Shown: piece after piece, positions 1 through 8,257 of the stretch
Numbering within the stretch: the first letter of the stretch is position 1
How the letters are laid out: the number at the start of each line of letters is the position of its first letter
Origin: an uncultured Treponemataceae bacterium
Lineage (GTDB): Bacteria; Spirochaetota; Spirochaetia; Treponematales; Treponemataceae
Direction of reading: 5' to 3'
NCBI GenBank assembly: GCA_964371375.1
Contig: CAYJMR010000001.1
Span: forward strand, 1 to 48,369
Length of the DNA: 48,369 bases
The notes under the pieces: model-generated
Database searches by the model: none
What the model saw: the letters and a program-made list of their open reading frames with translations, nothing else
What the model was told of the DNA's origin: nothing
Translations under genes and position numbers: made by a program

Positions 1-214
1 CACCGTAACCTCCTAAAATATTGTTGTCAGAAAGTTTATTGCCATAAAAATGTGCAGCTTCATTTGTTTCAGCAAATGAAGGAAGTGAAATTTCAGAGAG
101 GGCTTGTGTTTGGGTGTTTATTGCTTCATCTTCTGCTACTATTGGCTGTGCAAGAAGAATAAAAAATACGAGAAAAATGAAACGTGTTTTTTTGGGAATC
201 GCATAGGTGTTCAT
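1..214 (-). CDS. N-terminal part of an exported protein (partial; gene continues left of the window)
   Basis: Minus-strand ATG at 214..212 opens MNTYAIPKKTRFIFLVFFILLAQPIVAEDEAINTQ..., a basic n-region plus hydrophobic core typical of a signal peptide. The frame stays open to position 1. Not in the ORF track because it is truncated. Confidence 0.45.
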   Translation of the reverse strand, partial: MNTYAIPKKTRFIFLVFFILLAQPIVAEDEAINTQTQALSEISLPSFAETNEAAHFYGNKLSDNNILGGYG

Positions 215-320
215 ATTTTAAGTATATCATAGAATGAAAGTTTTGTGCAAAAAAGTTATAAAAAGCTAACTAAAAACGAGTCTCTTTTATAAAATACAAA
301 AAACTGATATACTCTTATCT

Positions 321-929
321 ATGAAAAACATGCATTTAGGTGATGTAAAAAAAATTGTAAAAAATCTCTTTGATGTTGCTTGGGTTTTTTTCAAAATTGG
401 CTCGGTAACCTTTGGGGGTGGTTATGCCATGCTCCCGCTTTTAGAAGAAGAGCTTTCAGAAAAAAGAAAGTGGACAAATAGAGAAGAGCTTTTAGATTAC
501 TTTGCCATTGGGCAATCTACCCCAGGAATTATTGCCGTCAATGTTGCAACATTCGTTGGTTATAAAAAAGCGGGTGTTATTGGTGGCATTTTTGGAACTC
601 TTGGAATGGTTGCTCCTTCAATAATCATTATTACCATAATAGCAGCTTTTTTATCAAACTATACCGATAATGAGGTAGTAAAAAAGGCCTTGACGGGCAT
701 AAACATAGCTGTAGCAGCACTTTTAACCAAGGCCTCAATTACCTTTGCAAAAAATGCAATTAAAAAGGTTTTTCAAGGCTTTGTAGCAATTGCAGCCTTT
801 TCGCTTGTGTTTATCCTTGATATTCAAACTTTTTGGGTAATTTTGACGGCTTTTGTAATAGGGGCTCTGCTGCATATTTCATCAACCCTTCGAGAGCACA
901 AAAGTATTCACAAAGGAGGTGATGTATGA
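321..929 (+). CDS. chromate transporter (CHR family, short-chain half 1)
   Basis: 202 aa and multi-TM. The N-terminal FKIGSVTFGGGYAMLPLLEEEL... motif is typical of the ChrA/CHR family. ATGA overlap with the next half-size paralog. Confidence 0.8.
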   Translation: MKNMHLGDVKKIVKNLFDVAWVFFKIGSVTFGGGYAMLPLLEEELSEKRKWTNREELLDYFAIGQSTPGIIAVNVATFVGYKKAGVIGGIFGTLGMVAPSIIIITIIAAFLSNYTDNEVVKKALTGINIAVAALLTKASITFAKNAIKKVFQGFVAIAAFSLVFILDIQTFWVILTAFVIGALLHISSTLREHKSIHKGGDV

Positions 930-1483
930 GCCTTTTTGAGCTTTTCGCGCTTTTCTTTTACATTGGACTCTTTACTATAGGTGGAGGGCAGGTGGCCATC
1001 ACCCTCATGTACCAAGAGCTTGTTGGTCGTGACATCATTGGTGCAGACATGTTTTATAATATGCTTGCAGTCTCTGAGTCAACACCAGGACCCATTGGCA
1101 TAAACATGGCAACATATCTTGGTTATGAAATGCATGGAGTTTGGGGTGGAATCCTTACAACTGCAGGTACCGTTGCTCCGTCACTCATTGTTATTATGAT
1201 AATTGCCCGTTTTTTTGGCTCTATTCAAGAAAAACCACTTGTAAAAACCCTTTTTAGTGTATTGCGCCCTGCTGCTACGGGGCTTGTGTGGGTTGCAGCC
1301 TGTAATGTGCTTTTAATTTCGGTAATAATTATACCCCAAGCAAATGACTATTCGTGGGCTTCCGTAATTGACATACCAAGAATTGCTGCATGGCTTGCAA
1401 TGACGATTTTGCTTTTTAAAACAAAGCTTCCAGTAATTGTATATATCATAATGGGTGCTGTTTTTGGAATACTTGTTTTATAA
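926..1483 (+). CDS. chromate transporter (CHR family, short-chain half 2)
   Basis: 185 aa with motif FTIGGGQVAITLMYQELV. Translationally coupled (ATGA at 926..929) to the preceding half, the usual two-gene short-CHR arrangement. Confidence 0.8.
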   Translation: MSLFELFALFFYIGLFTIGGGQVAITLMYQELVGRDIIGADMFYNMLAVSESTPGPIGINMATYLGYEMHGVWGGILTTAGTVAPSLIVIMIIARFFGSIQEKPLVKTLFSVLRPAATGLVWVAACNVLLISVIIIPQANDYSWASVIDIPRIAAWLAMTILLFKTKLPVIVYIIMGAVFGILVL

Positions 1484-1488
1484 AAATC

Positions 1489-1517
1489 TTGACAAAACAC
1501 ATAACATGATTGATAAT
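1489..1517 (+). promoter_or_regulatory. sigma70-like promoter (TTGACA-17-GATAAT) for the lipoprotein gene
   Basis: TTGACA at 1489..1494, a 17-nt spacer, GATAAT at 1512..1517. About 64 nt upstream of the ATG at 1581. Confidence 0.4.
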
Positions 1518-1580
1518 TAAAGGTAGAAACACTAAAACAACTTTCATGGTGTAGTGTAGAGGGGGCATAAGAGAGTAGTT

Positions 1581-2234
1581 ATGATAAAACGATTTGTATT
1601 TATTTCTGTGTCATTTATAATTATCGTTATAACTTCGTGTGAAACAATGAAAGGTGCAGAAGAAGAAATAACCCTTGAAGAATCTTTTTTACTTATTGAA
1701 GAAGAAGTCCCGTATTCACAAGGAGCATGGGAGGGTAGTGAATTTGCAAGTAGGTGGTTCGGTTTTCGGTATCGTCCTACTCAGGGTATTATCTTAACAA
1801 GTGAAGATGCCCTTAAAGATATTAACGCAGTGCAATCAATGAATATAGATGGACCAAATGCAGAGCTTGTGGACTACACGAAAATGCAAATTGCTTATGA
1901 AGTTATGGCAAGGTCTGGGGATGGAACAACAACCCTTGAAGTGCTAAGTGAAAAAATTTTTGCAGATGATTTTACGGTAGAACAATATATTGAAATTTTA
2001 GCTATGGAACTTACCATAACACATGGGCGAGATGTGGTTTTTAATGAACAAACAACACGGTTATTGGGAAATACATATTATTTGGACTTATCGGCAACTA
2101 TTAACATAGAAGGTACAACAGTGTATCAAACAGTACTATTAAGTCGAAAAGGAGACAGATTCGCAACTGTTTTGCTAAACTACAGAACTCCTGAAAAAAT
2201 GGAAGAAGTTTTAAAAGGTTTTGCCCCCTTCTAG
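1581..2234 (+). CDS. hypothetical lipoprotein
   Basis: 217 aa. Signal peptide ends in a lipobox-like IVITSC with Cys at residue 20. SD-like GAGAG upstream. No recognisable catalytic motif. Confidence 0.6.
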   Translation: MIKRFVFISVSFIIIVITSCETMKGAEEEITLEESFLLIEEEVPYSQGAWEGSEFASRWFGFRYRPTQGIILTSEDALKDINAVQSMNIDGPNAELVDYTKMQIAYEVMARSGDGTTTLEVLSEKIFADDFTVEQYIEILAMELTITHGRDVVFNEQTTRLLGNTYYLDLSATINIEGTTVYQTVLLSRKGDRFATVLLNYRTPEKMEEVLKGFAPF

Positions 2235-2290
2235 TCTGTAATCTAATTCTAAAAACTCATAAAATACTCACTAAAAAAACAAAATAAGGC

Positions 2291-2319
2291 TTGCATACCC
2301 GTTAATGCTATGTTAAAAT
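2291..2319 (+). promoter_or_regulatory. extended -10 promoter (TTGCAT-17-TGtTAAAAT) for the NCS2 permease
   Basis: TTGCAT at 2291..2296, a 17-nt spacer, TAAAAT at 2314..2319 preceded by TGT. Confidence 0.4.
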
Positions 2320-2350
2320 TATAGTATAATATTTTTATTCGGAGGAAGTA

Positions 2351-3634
2351 ATGGAAAAACTCTTTAAACTTCAAGAACGAGGCACAACTACTAAGCAAGA
2401 GCTTTTAGCAGGTGCGACCACGTTCCTCGCTATGGCTTACATTTTAGCCGTTAACCCTGGGATGCTATCGGCTACAGGCATGAATGCGGGCGGTGTTTTC
2501 ACTGCAACAGCATTATCTGCAGCAATTGCAACATTAATTATGGCTTTTGCCGCAAACCTTCCTGTTGCTTTGGCCCCTGGAATGGGATTAAATGCTTTCT
2601 TTACCTTTACCGTTGTTTTAGGTATGGGCGAATCGTATCAACTGGCCTTAACAGCAGTATTCTTAGAAGGTCTTGTATTTATTTTGCTTTCTTTCTTAAA
2701 TGTACGAGAAGCAATAATCGATGCAATTCCAGATAGTCTCAAAAAAGCTGTTGCAGTAGGTATTGGATTGTTTATTGCGCTTATAGGCCTTGCAAATGCA
2801 GGTCTTGTTGTAACAGATGCAGGCACAACAGTTGCTTTTTCAGCACTGACTGGGGCACCACTTGTTGCTGTAATCGGACTTATTATCACAGCAATATTAT
2901 ATGTATTAAAAGTACCGGGTGCAATTCTTCTAGGTATTCTTATAACTACAATCGTCGGTATTCCATTTGGAGTAACAAATATTCCTGAAGGATTTTCACC
3001 ATTCTCAGCTCCTGCCGCTCCAATATTTATGGAATTTGAATGGACAAGTGTTGCAACATTAAAGTTCTTCACTATTTTCTTCACATTCTTCTTTGTTGAT
3101 ATTTTCGATACAGTAGGTACTCTTGTTGGTGTTGCAACACGTGCAAATCTTATTGATAGCAAAGGAAAAATCCCTCGTGTAAAACAAGCTCTTTTAGCAG
3201 ATGCTATTGGTACTACTGTGGGTGCTGCCCTTGGTACATCAACTGTTACAAGTTATGTTGAAAGTACAGCAGGTGTTGCAGCAGGTGGACGAACAGGTCT
3301 TTCTTCTGTAGCAACCGCTGTATTGTTCTTACTAGCACTATTTTTAAGCCCTTTATTCTTATTAGTTCCAGGCGCAGCTACTGCTCCAGCTCTAATTATG
3401 GTTGGGTTCTTTATGCTAGGTGTTGTTGTAAAAATTAACTTTGAAGACCCAACAGAAGGAATTCCTGCTTTTATTTGTATCCTTGTTATGCCATTCGCAT
3501 ATTCAATTGCAGAAGGTATTGTATGGGGATTAATTTCCTACGTTATCTTAAAAGTTGTTACAGGAAAAGCAAAATCAATTTCTGTTGTTTCATGGATACT
3601 GTTTGTTATTTTCGTAGCAAGATTTTTTATGTAG
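2351..3634 (+). CDS. NCS2-family purine permease (AzgA/PbuG-like adenine/guanine/hypoxanthine permease)
   Basis: 427 aa. The N-terminus MEKLFKLQERGTTTKQELLAGATTFLAMAYILAVNPGML is the hallmark start of AzgA-type NCS2 permeases. About 12 TM segments. SD GGAGGAAG 5 nt upstream. Confidence 0.85.
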   Translation: MEKLFKLQERGTTTKQELLAGATTFLAMAYILAVNPGMLSATGMNAGGVFTATALSAAIATLIMAFAANLPVALAPGMGLNAFFTFTVVLGMGESYQLALTAVFLEGLVFILLSFLNVREAIIDAIPDSLKKAVAVGIGLFIALIGLANAGLVVTDAGTTVAFSALTGAPLVAVIGLIITAILYVLKVPGAILLGILITTIVGIPFGVTNIPEGFSPFSAPAAPIFMEFEWTSVATLKFFTIFFTFFFVDIFDTVGTLVGVATRANLIDSKGKIPRVKQALLADAIGTTVGAALGTSTVTSYVESTAGVAAGGRTGLSSVATAVLFLLALFLSPLFLLVPGAATAPALIMVGFFMLGVVVKINFEDPTEGIPAFICILVMPFAYSIAEGIVWGLISYVILKVVTGKAKSISVVSWILFVIFVARFFM

Positions 3635-3674
3635 ATAATAGTTATTAATGCATAAGTCACAATGATTAGGGAAA

Positions 3675-3714
3675 AGCAGTAGAGATTTGATTATCAAGCT
3701 CTGCTGCTTTTTTT
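3675..3714 (+). terminator. rho-independent terminator of the permease gene
   Basis: 10-bp stem AGCAGUAGAG (3675..3684) / CUCUGCUGCU (3699..3708, one G-U) followed by T6. Overlaps the 3' end of the convergent NTPase gene. Confidence 0.6.
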
Positions 3715-4266
3715 ATTTGCACAGTAATGATTCAAAAGTATTTTTCCAACCGTATCTAAATTATTTTTATCAACGTGTAATACCGTAACATTTGGATGTA
3801 TCTTTATCTCATCTAACCACGTTCCATAGTCTAAGCTTCGTATAACACCGAGGATAGGAATTGTTTCATCAAGGCATTTAATCACTTCTTTCTTAAATTG
3901 TTCTGCATTTTCTTCAAACCGACCGAGCTCATCCATTACAATAATATCTACATTTTTAGATTGCTGAAGTAATTGACTGCCATAGTCATCAAAACCGGTC
4001 TTAAAAACAGTGATATTGCCCGAAAGCCAATGCATAATGGCCTTTTTTTGAAGTGAAGGGGAGTCTATATTTTCACGATTAAAAGGAGATATATAGAGAA
4101 TTTTTTCTTGGGAAGACTTTTTGTCAAAATAGGTAGAAAATCCACCTATTTTGAGAGTCTCCTCTAAGTGTTGTATACACTCATAAATGAGCTTTGTTTT
4201 TCCTATTTTGCATTCACCCATCAAAAATATGTGCAAAGGCAAAGATTCTTTTGTTGGTTCGGACAC
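3694..4266 (-). CDS. P-loop nucleoside-triphosphatase (THEP1/NTPase_1-like)
   Basis: 190 aa with Walker A GECKIGKT and Walker B IIVMDELG. Size and layout match small THEP1-type NTPases. GTG start overlaps the ridA stop (TAGTG). Confidence 0.65.
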   Translation of the reverse strand: MSEPTKESLPLHIFLMGECKIGKTKLIYECIQHLEETLKIGGFSTYFDKKSSQEKILYISPFNRENIDSPSLQKKAIMHWLSGNITVFKTGFDDYGSQLLQQSKNVDIIVMDELGRFEENAEQFKKEVIKCLDETIPILGVIRSLDYGTWLDEIKIHPNVTVLHVDKNNLDTVGKILLNHYCANKKSSRA

Positions 4267-4646
4267 TATTTTGTTGCAATTACTTCAATTTCAACAAGTG
4301 CATCTTTTGGAAGCCTAGCTACCTCAACACATGAGCGTGCGGGAAATTTTCCTTCTGAAAAGAAACCTGCATATACTTCATTCATGCCTCCAAAATTATT
4401 CATGTCACTTAAGAACACAGTTGATTTGATAACATTATCAAGAGAGCTTCCTGCGGCCTCAAGAACGGCTTGAACATTTTTTAATGACTGCTTTGTTTGT
4501 TCTTGAATGGAGTCACCTGCAAAAGAGCCTGTAACAGGGTCGATAGGAAGTTGGCCCGATGTAAAAACAAGGGAAGATGTTTGAACCCCTTGAGAATAGG
4601 GCCCAATTGCTCCGGGTGCTTTGTCTGTTGCGATTGAATGTTTCAT
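4266..4646 (-). CDS. ridA: RidA/YjgF family reactive-intermediate deaminase
   Basis: 126 aa. Contains APGAIGPYSQGV near the N-terminus and ARSCVEVARLP near the C-terminus, the canonical RidA signature. Confidence 0.9.
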   Translation of the reverse strand: MKHSIATDKAPGAIGPYSQGVQTSSLVFTSGQLPIDPVTGSFAGDSIQEQTKQSLKNVQAVLEAAGSSLDNVIKSTVFLSDMNNFGGMNEVYAGFFSEGKFPARSCVEVARLPKDALVEIEVIATK

Positions 4647-4685
4647 GTAATACCTCCGATATATCTAGTTTTATTTTATATCTCT

Positions 4686-4718
4686 AGTATACCACTGAAA
4701 TGAAATTTGTGGTATACT
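4686..4718. promoter_or_regulatory. 10-bp perfect inverted repeat carrying two back-to-back extended -10 elements (divergent promoters)
   Basis: AGTATACCAC (4686..4695) and GTGGTATACT (4709..4718) are exact reverse complements. Each arm reads TGGTATACT (TGn + TATACT) toward ridA (-) or the membrane-protein pair (+). Confidence 0.4.
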
Positions 4719-4769
4719 AAATTGCTAAAAAAACTTAAATATGTTATACTCTACTTAAGGAGTTTTTGC

Positions 4770-5525
4770 ATGAATTCAGAGAACATGAGTACTCTTGCAA
4801 ATTCAAGTTTTATGTTTTTGCTTGGTGCAGGGGTTGCATTATTTATTACGCTTTTATCTATATACTTTATGGTAAGATCATATAAAAGTGCAATTGCAAT
4901 AGGTATAGACAAAAAAACAATCCATTCGGTAATACGCTCTAGTTGTATTTTCACAGTTGTACCTTCAATTGCAATTTTGTTAGGCCTAGTTACAATGGCT
5001 GGAGGCTTGGGAGTTCCACTTTCTTGGATTCGCCTTTCTGTTGTTGGGGCGGTGCAATATGAGTTAATAGCAGCAGATGCAGCAGCAAGGGCTGCAAATG
5101 TACCGGCTCTCTTGTTAGAATACTTAACACCGGAAGTTTTTGTTTCTATTGTAACTGTTATGACAGTTTGCATCCTCGCCGGTATATTTTTTAATATCTT
5201 TTTTCTAAAAAAATATACGAGTGGTATACGAAACATGCAACAAAAAGATAATAAATGGGGAAAACTTGTTGTTGCCTCCATGTTTATGGGTATGATTTGT
5301 ACTTTTTTAGGAACCCCAATAATTGATTGGCGCCTCGATTTGCAAGAAGGCTGGCTTTCGTTGGTTGTAATGGGTGTTTCAGGTTTAATTATGTTTTGCT
5401 GTGATATTATAGTCAAGCGCTATAATGGAAAAGCCTTAGAAGGCTTTTCACTGCCTCTCAGCATGATTGTTGGTATGCTCTTTGCGATGATTGTATCTAA
5501 CGCACTTGGGTTTGGAGGTCTATAA
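4770..5525 (+). CDS. integral membrane protein of unknown function (DUF5058-like by recollection)
   Basis: Start moved from the TTG at 4707 to the ATG at 4770 because AAGGAG (4757..4762) lies 7 nt upstream. 251 aa with about 6 TM segments and a conserved-looking LSWIRLSVVGAVQYELIAADAAARA segment. Confidence 0.6.
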   Translation: MNSENMSTLANSSFMFLLGAGVALFITLLSIYFMVRSYKSAIAIGIDKKTIHSVIRSSCIFTVVPSIAILLGLVTMAGGLGVPLSWIRLSVVGAVQYELIAADAAARAANVPALLLEYLTPEVFVSIVTVMTVCILAGIFFNIFFLKKYTSGIRNMQQKDNKWGKLVVASMFMGMICTFLGTPIIDWRLDLQEGWLSLVVMGVSGLIMFCCDIIVKRYNGKALEGFSLPLSMIVGMLFAMIVSNALGFGGL

Positions 5526-6187
5526 TGAAAGCACAATCAAATTTAAATATACATGTAATTGGTAGAATCTGGTCAGTACTTTCACTTATGGTAATCTGTT
5601 CTGTACCGGTAATAATTTGTGCATATCTGGGAGTAATGCCTAATGCAAGCTATGTACTGGCAGGAATTTTTAGAGTTGGTATAATTTACATCCCAATTGG
5701 GATTATTGAAGCTTTGACATACACACCAATTTTAGGATCGGGGGCATCGTATTTGGCCTTTATAACAGGCAATCTTACGAATTTAAAAATACCCTGTGTA
5801 ATGAATGCCCTTGAAATTAGTGGTGCAGAGTCGGGGAGTGAACAAGCAGATGTGTTGTCTACACTTTCAGTAGCTTCTTCCACATTAGTTACAACCTTTA
5901 TAATTATCGTTGGTGTTTTAGCGCTTGCACCGCTTACACCGATATTATCATCTCCTACCCTTTCACCTGCCTTTACAAATGTGGTTCCGGCGCTTTTTGG
6001 AGCACTTGGATATATGTTTGTATCGCAAAATCCAAAACTTGCAATACTCCCGGTAGTTTTTATTCTTGTTTTGTTTTTGATTCTTCCTCCAGAAGTTGCC
6101 AGCGGCATTTCGGGTGGCTTAATTCCTATTAGCGTTCTTGTAACTATTGTAGGTGCACGAGTGTTATATAAAAAGGGCTGGGTATAA
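5525..6187 (+). CDS. integral membrane protein of unknown function (partner of the preceding gene)
   Basis: 220 aa with about 6 TM segments. Start ATG shares one nt with the upstream TAA (TAATG), indicating translational coupling. Confidence 0.6.
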   Translation: MKAQSNLNIHVIGRIWSVLSLMVICSVPVIICAYLGVMPNASYVLAGIFRVGIIYIPIGIIEALTYTPILGSGASYLAFITGNLTNLKIPCVMNALEISGAESGSEQADVLSTLSVASSTLVTTFIIIVGVLALAPLTPILSSPTLSPAFTNVVPALFGALGYMFVSQNPKLAILPVVFILVLFLILPPEVASGISGGLIPISVLVTIVGARVLYKKGWV

Positions 6188-6236
6188 TATTTTCGTAAAT
6201 GCTACATATTATGCTACTATATAAGAGGAGTTTTAA

Positions 6237-8207
6237 TTGTTGCAGTATGATTTAAAAGTAGAATTGGCTTCTCTTGTTATTATGTCAATAATAATGTTAA
6301 ACCTTTTTTGGGATAGGGGCGTAGATTCTCGAAGAAATCAGCTTTTTAGGGGGATTGTGTTTGTTGCCTTTTCCTCAATAGTTATTACTCTTATTTCAAC
6401 GTATAGTTCATTGTACTTTAATAATTTTCCTATGTGGATAATAGATTTATTTAAAGTTCTCTACTATATATTGTTACCTAGTTCTTCTGCTATTGTTTTT
6501 TTGTATGCAGTATCCCTTCGGAAAATTAAAACTTCTTCTATAAGTTTTAATACTCTGTATTTTGTTTTATTGCTCCCATATATTCTTTATGTGCTTTTAG
6601 TAATCTCAAACTATTGGTTTTATGGTTTTTTTTCTATTTCACCTGACTTTGGGTATGTAAGAGGACCGTTGTATCAAGTTCCATATCCAGTTTCATTTTT
6701 TTACATTGCAGGTATTTTTGTTGTAGCAATAATTAGTAGGCATGAAACAAATAGAGGTATTTGGTTTATTCTTTGCATAAGTATGGTCGTTATTACACTC
6801 ATTGTTATGTGCCAATTCTTTTTTTCAAACATATTACTAACTGGTTTTGCAAATGCGACAGGAGTTTTGCTCGTATATTTGTATGTTCAAAATGTAACCA
6901 AGTCAACAGATTCATTAACAGGTCTTTATAACAGGGAAAGGTTTACCTACACTCTAACGAAACTTATTAAAATTAGATTTAAGATGTTTCGAAGAGAAAA
7001 AGAAGTTAAAACATTCTCTCTAGTTGCCTTTAGTATTAGGAATATGAAGGCTATTAATGAAAGATTTGGGTTGGTGTATGGCAATGGAATAATTGAAGGA
7101 GTAGGAAAATACTTAAAGCGGGCTTCTCATCCATATGTTGTATATCGTTACAGTGGAGATGAATTTGCAATTCTCATAAATGAGCCGCAAGAGTCCTTAG
7201 ATAATCTGCTTCAAGAAATTGTCAAGAGATTTGAGCTTCCATTTAAGAATGATAGCTTTTCAACGGAAATTAATCTAAGCATTGTCTATGCGCGCGTAGA
7301 CTTTCCTAGTTTTGGGAAAGATGCGAGAACATTATTAACAGCTCTCGATTACTCAATCGCATCATTAAAAAAAGGTTTAGTGAAGTCAAATTTTATGCAT
7401 GACATTTCTGTTTTTAATACTATGAGTAGAAGAAACAAAATTATAGAAAGGTTAAAAGATGCCATAAAAAATGATGGGTTTGAAGTTCATTATCAGGCAA
7501 TATATTCTATAAAAGATGGAAAATTCACAGGAGCAGAAGTCCTTGTGAGAATGAAAGACAATATAATAGATCCTATTTATCCAAATGAGTTTATACCATT
7601 AGCAGAAGAAACGGGGTTAATAATCGAAATTACGTACAAAATAATTGAAAAGGTCTGCAAAGATTTGAGAACTCTGATAGACATACATAGTAGCAATATA
7701 GATGTTATATCCGTATCAATTAACTTTTCTTACACACAGTTTTTAGATTATGAGATGGTTTCAAAAATGATGTCTATTTTACAAACTTACAATATTTCGC
7801 CGGCTTGGATTAAAATAGAAATAACCGAAAGAGCCTTGATACATGAAACAGTGCTAATCCATAGTATTATGACAGATATGAAAGAAGAAGGTTTTATCTT
7901 TGAGCTTGATGATTTTGGAATTGACTATTCAAATATAAGCATGGTACTTGATTTACCAGTAGATATAATAAAAATTGACAGAAGTTTAGTGCTAATTGCA
8001 ACTGCAACCAAAAAACACCAAGATTTTTTTAAACAGTTTATTAAAGCTATAAAACTTACAGGGCGTACGCTCATAGTGGAAGGTGTAGAAAAAAAAGAGC
8101 AAGTTGATTTTTTTGAATCATGTGGCTGCGAATATATACAGGGCTTTTACTATGCTGTGCCTTTAAACTTTAATGACTTTGTTGCATTTTTATTAAAAAA
8201 GCGTTAG
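6237..8207 (+). CDS. 7TM sensor - degenerate GGDEF - EAL protein (predicted c-di-GMP phosphodiesterase)
   Basis: 656 aa. TTG start 6 nt after AGAGGAG. Seven N-terminal TM helices. GGDEF domain has SGDEF instead of GGDEF, and SIRNMK replaces the DxDxFK metal site. EAL domain has EVLVR, EITER, DDFGIDYS, KIDRS, EGVE and QGFYYA. Confidence 0.85.
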   Translation: MLQYDLKVELASLVIMSIIMLNLFWDRGVDSRRNQLFRGIVFVAFSSIVITLISTYSSLYFNNFPMWIIDLFKVLYYILLPSSSAIVFLYAVSLRKIKTSSISFNTLYFVLLLPYILYVLLVISNYWFYGFFSISPDFGYVRGPLYQVPYPVSFFYIAGIFVVAIISRHETNRGIWFILCISMVVITLIVMCQFFFSNILLTGFANATGVLLVYLYVQNVTKSTDSLTGLYNRERFTYTLTKLIKIRFKMFRREKEVKTFSLVAFSIRNMKAINERFGLVYGNGIIEGVGKYLKRASHPYVVYRYSGDEFAILINEPQESLDNLLQEIVKRFELPFKNDSFSTEINLSIVYARVDFPSFGKDARTLLTALDYSIASLKKGLVKSNFMHDISVFNTMSRRNKIIERLKDAIKNDGFEVHYQAIYSIKDGKFTGAEVLVRMKDNIIDPIYPNEFIPLAEETGLIIEITYKIIEKVCKDLRTLIDIHSSNIDVISVSINFSYTQFLDYEMVSKMMSILQTYNISPAWIKIEITERALIHETVLIHSIMTDMKEEGFIFELDDFGIDYSNISMVLDLPVDIIKIDRSLVLIATATKKHQDFFKQFIKAIKLTGRTLIVEGVEKKEQVDFFESCGCEYIQGFYYAVPLNFNDFVAFLLKKR

Positions 8208-8257
8208 AATATATGTAGAGAAAAGAGAGTAGGCCACTTAATTAAAGGAACATACAC

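Noticed and set aside
321-1483. Chromate transporter split into two ORFs, as a possible frameshifted pseudogene.
   Set aside because: The halves are paralogous to each other; both begin with the GGG..A...L motif after the first TM. They are joined by a clean ATGA overlap, which is the known short-chain CHR two-gene arrangement.
2235-2350. Possible purine riboswitch upstream of the purine permease.
   Set aside because: The 116-nt spacer is mostly occupied by an A/T-rich promoter. It lacks the conserved three-way-junction core that I recall for guanine/adenine riboswitches (the UAUAAU...loop-loop and CCGUAAAU/ACUA-like elements).
2638-3162. 174-aa minus-strand ORF inside the NCS2 permease gene. 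The same applies to similar antisense ORFs at 4751..5416, 5686..6108, 13612..14310, 27497..27925, 39726..40130, 45698..46006 and 46999..47400.
   Set aside because: Each lies entirely within a gene that has clear family motifs on the opposite strand. Each has low-complexity, shadow-frame composition, no SD, and no recognisable domain. They are typical antisense shadow ORFs.
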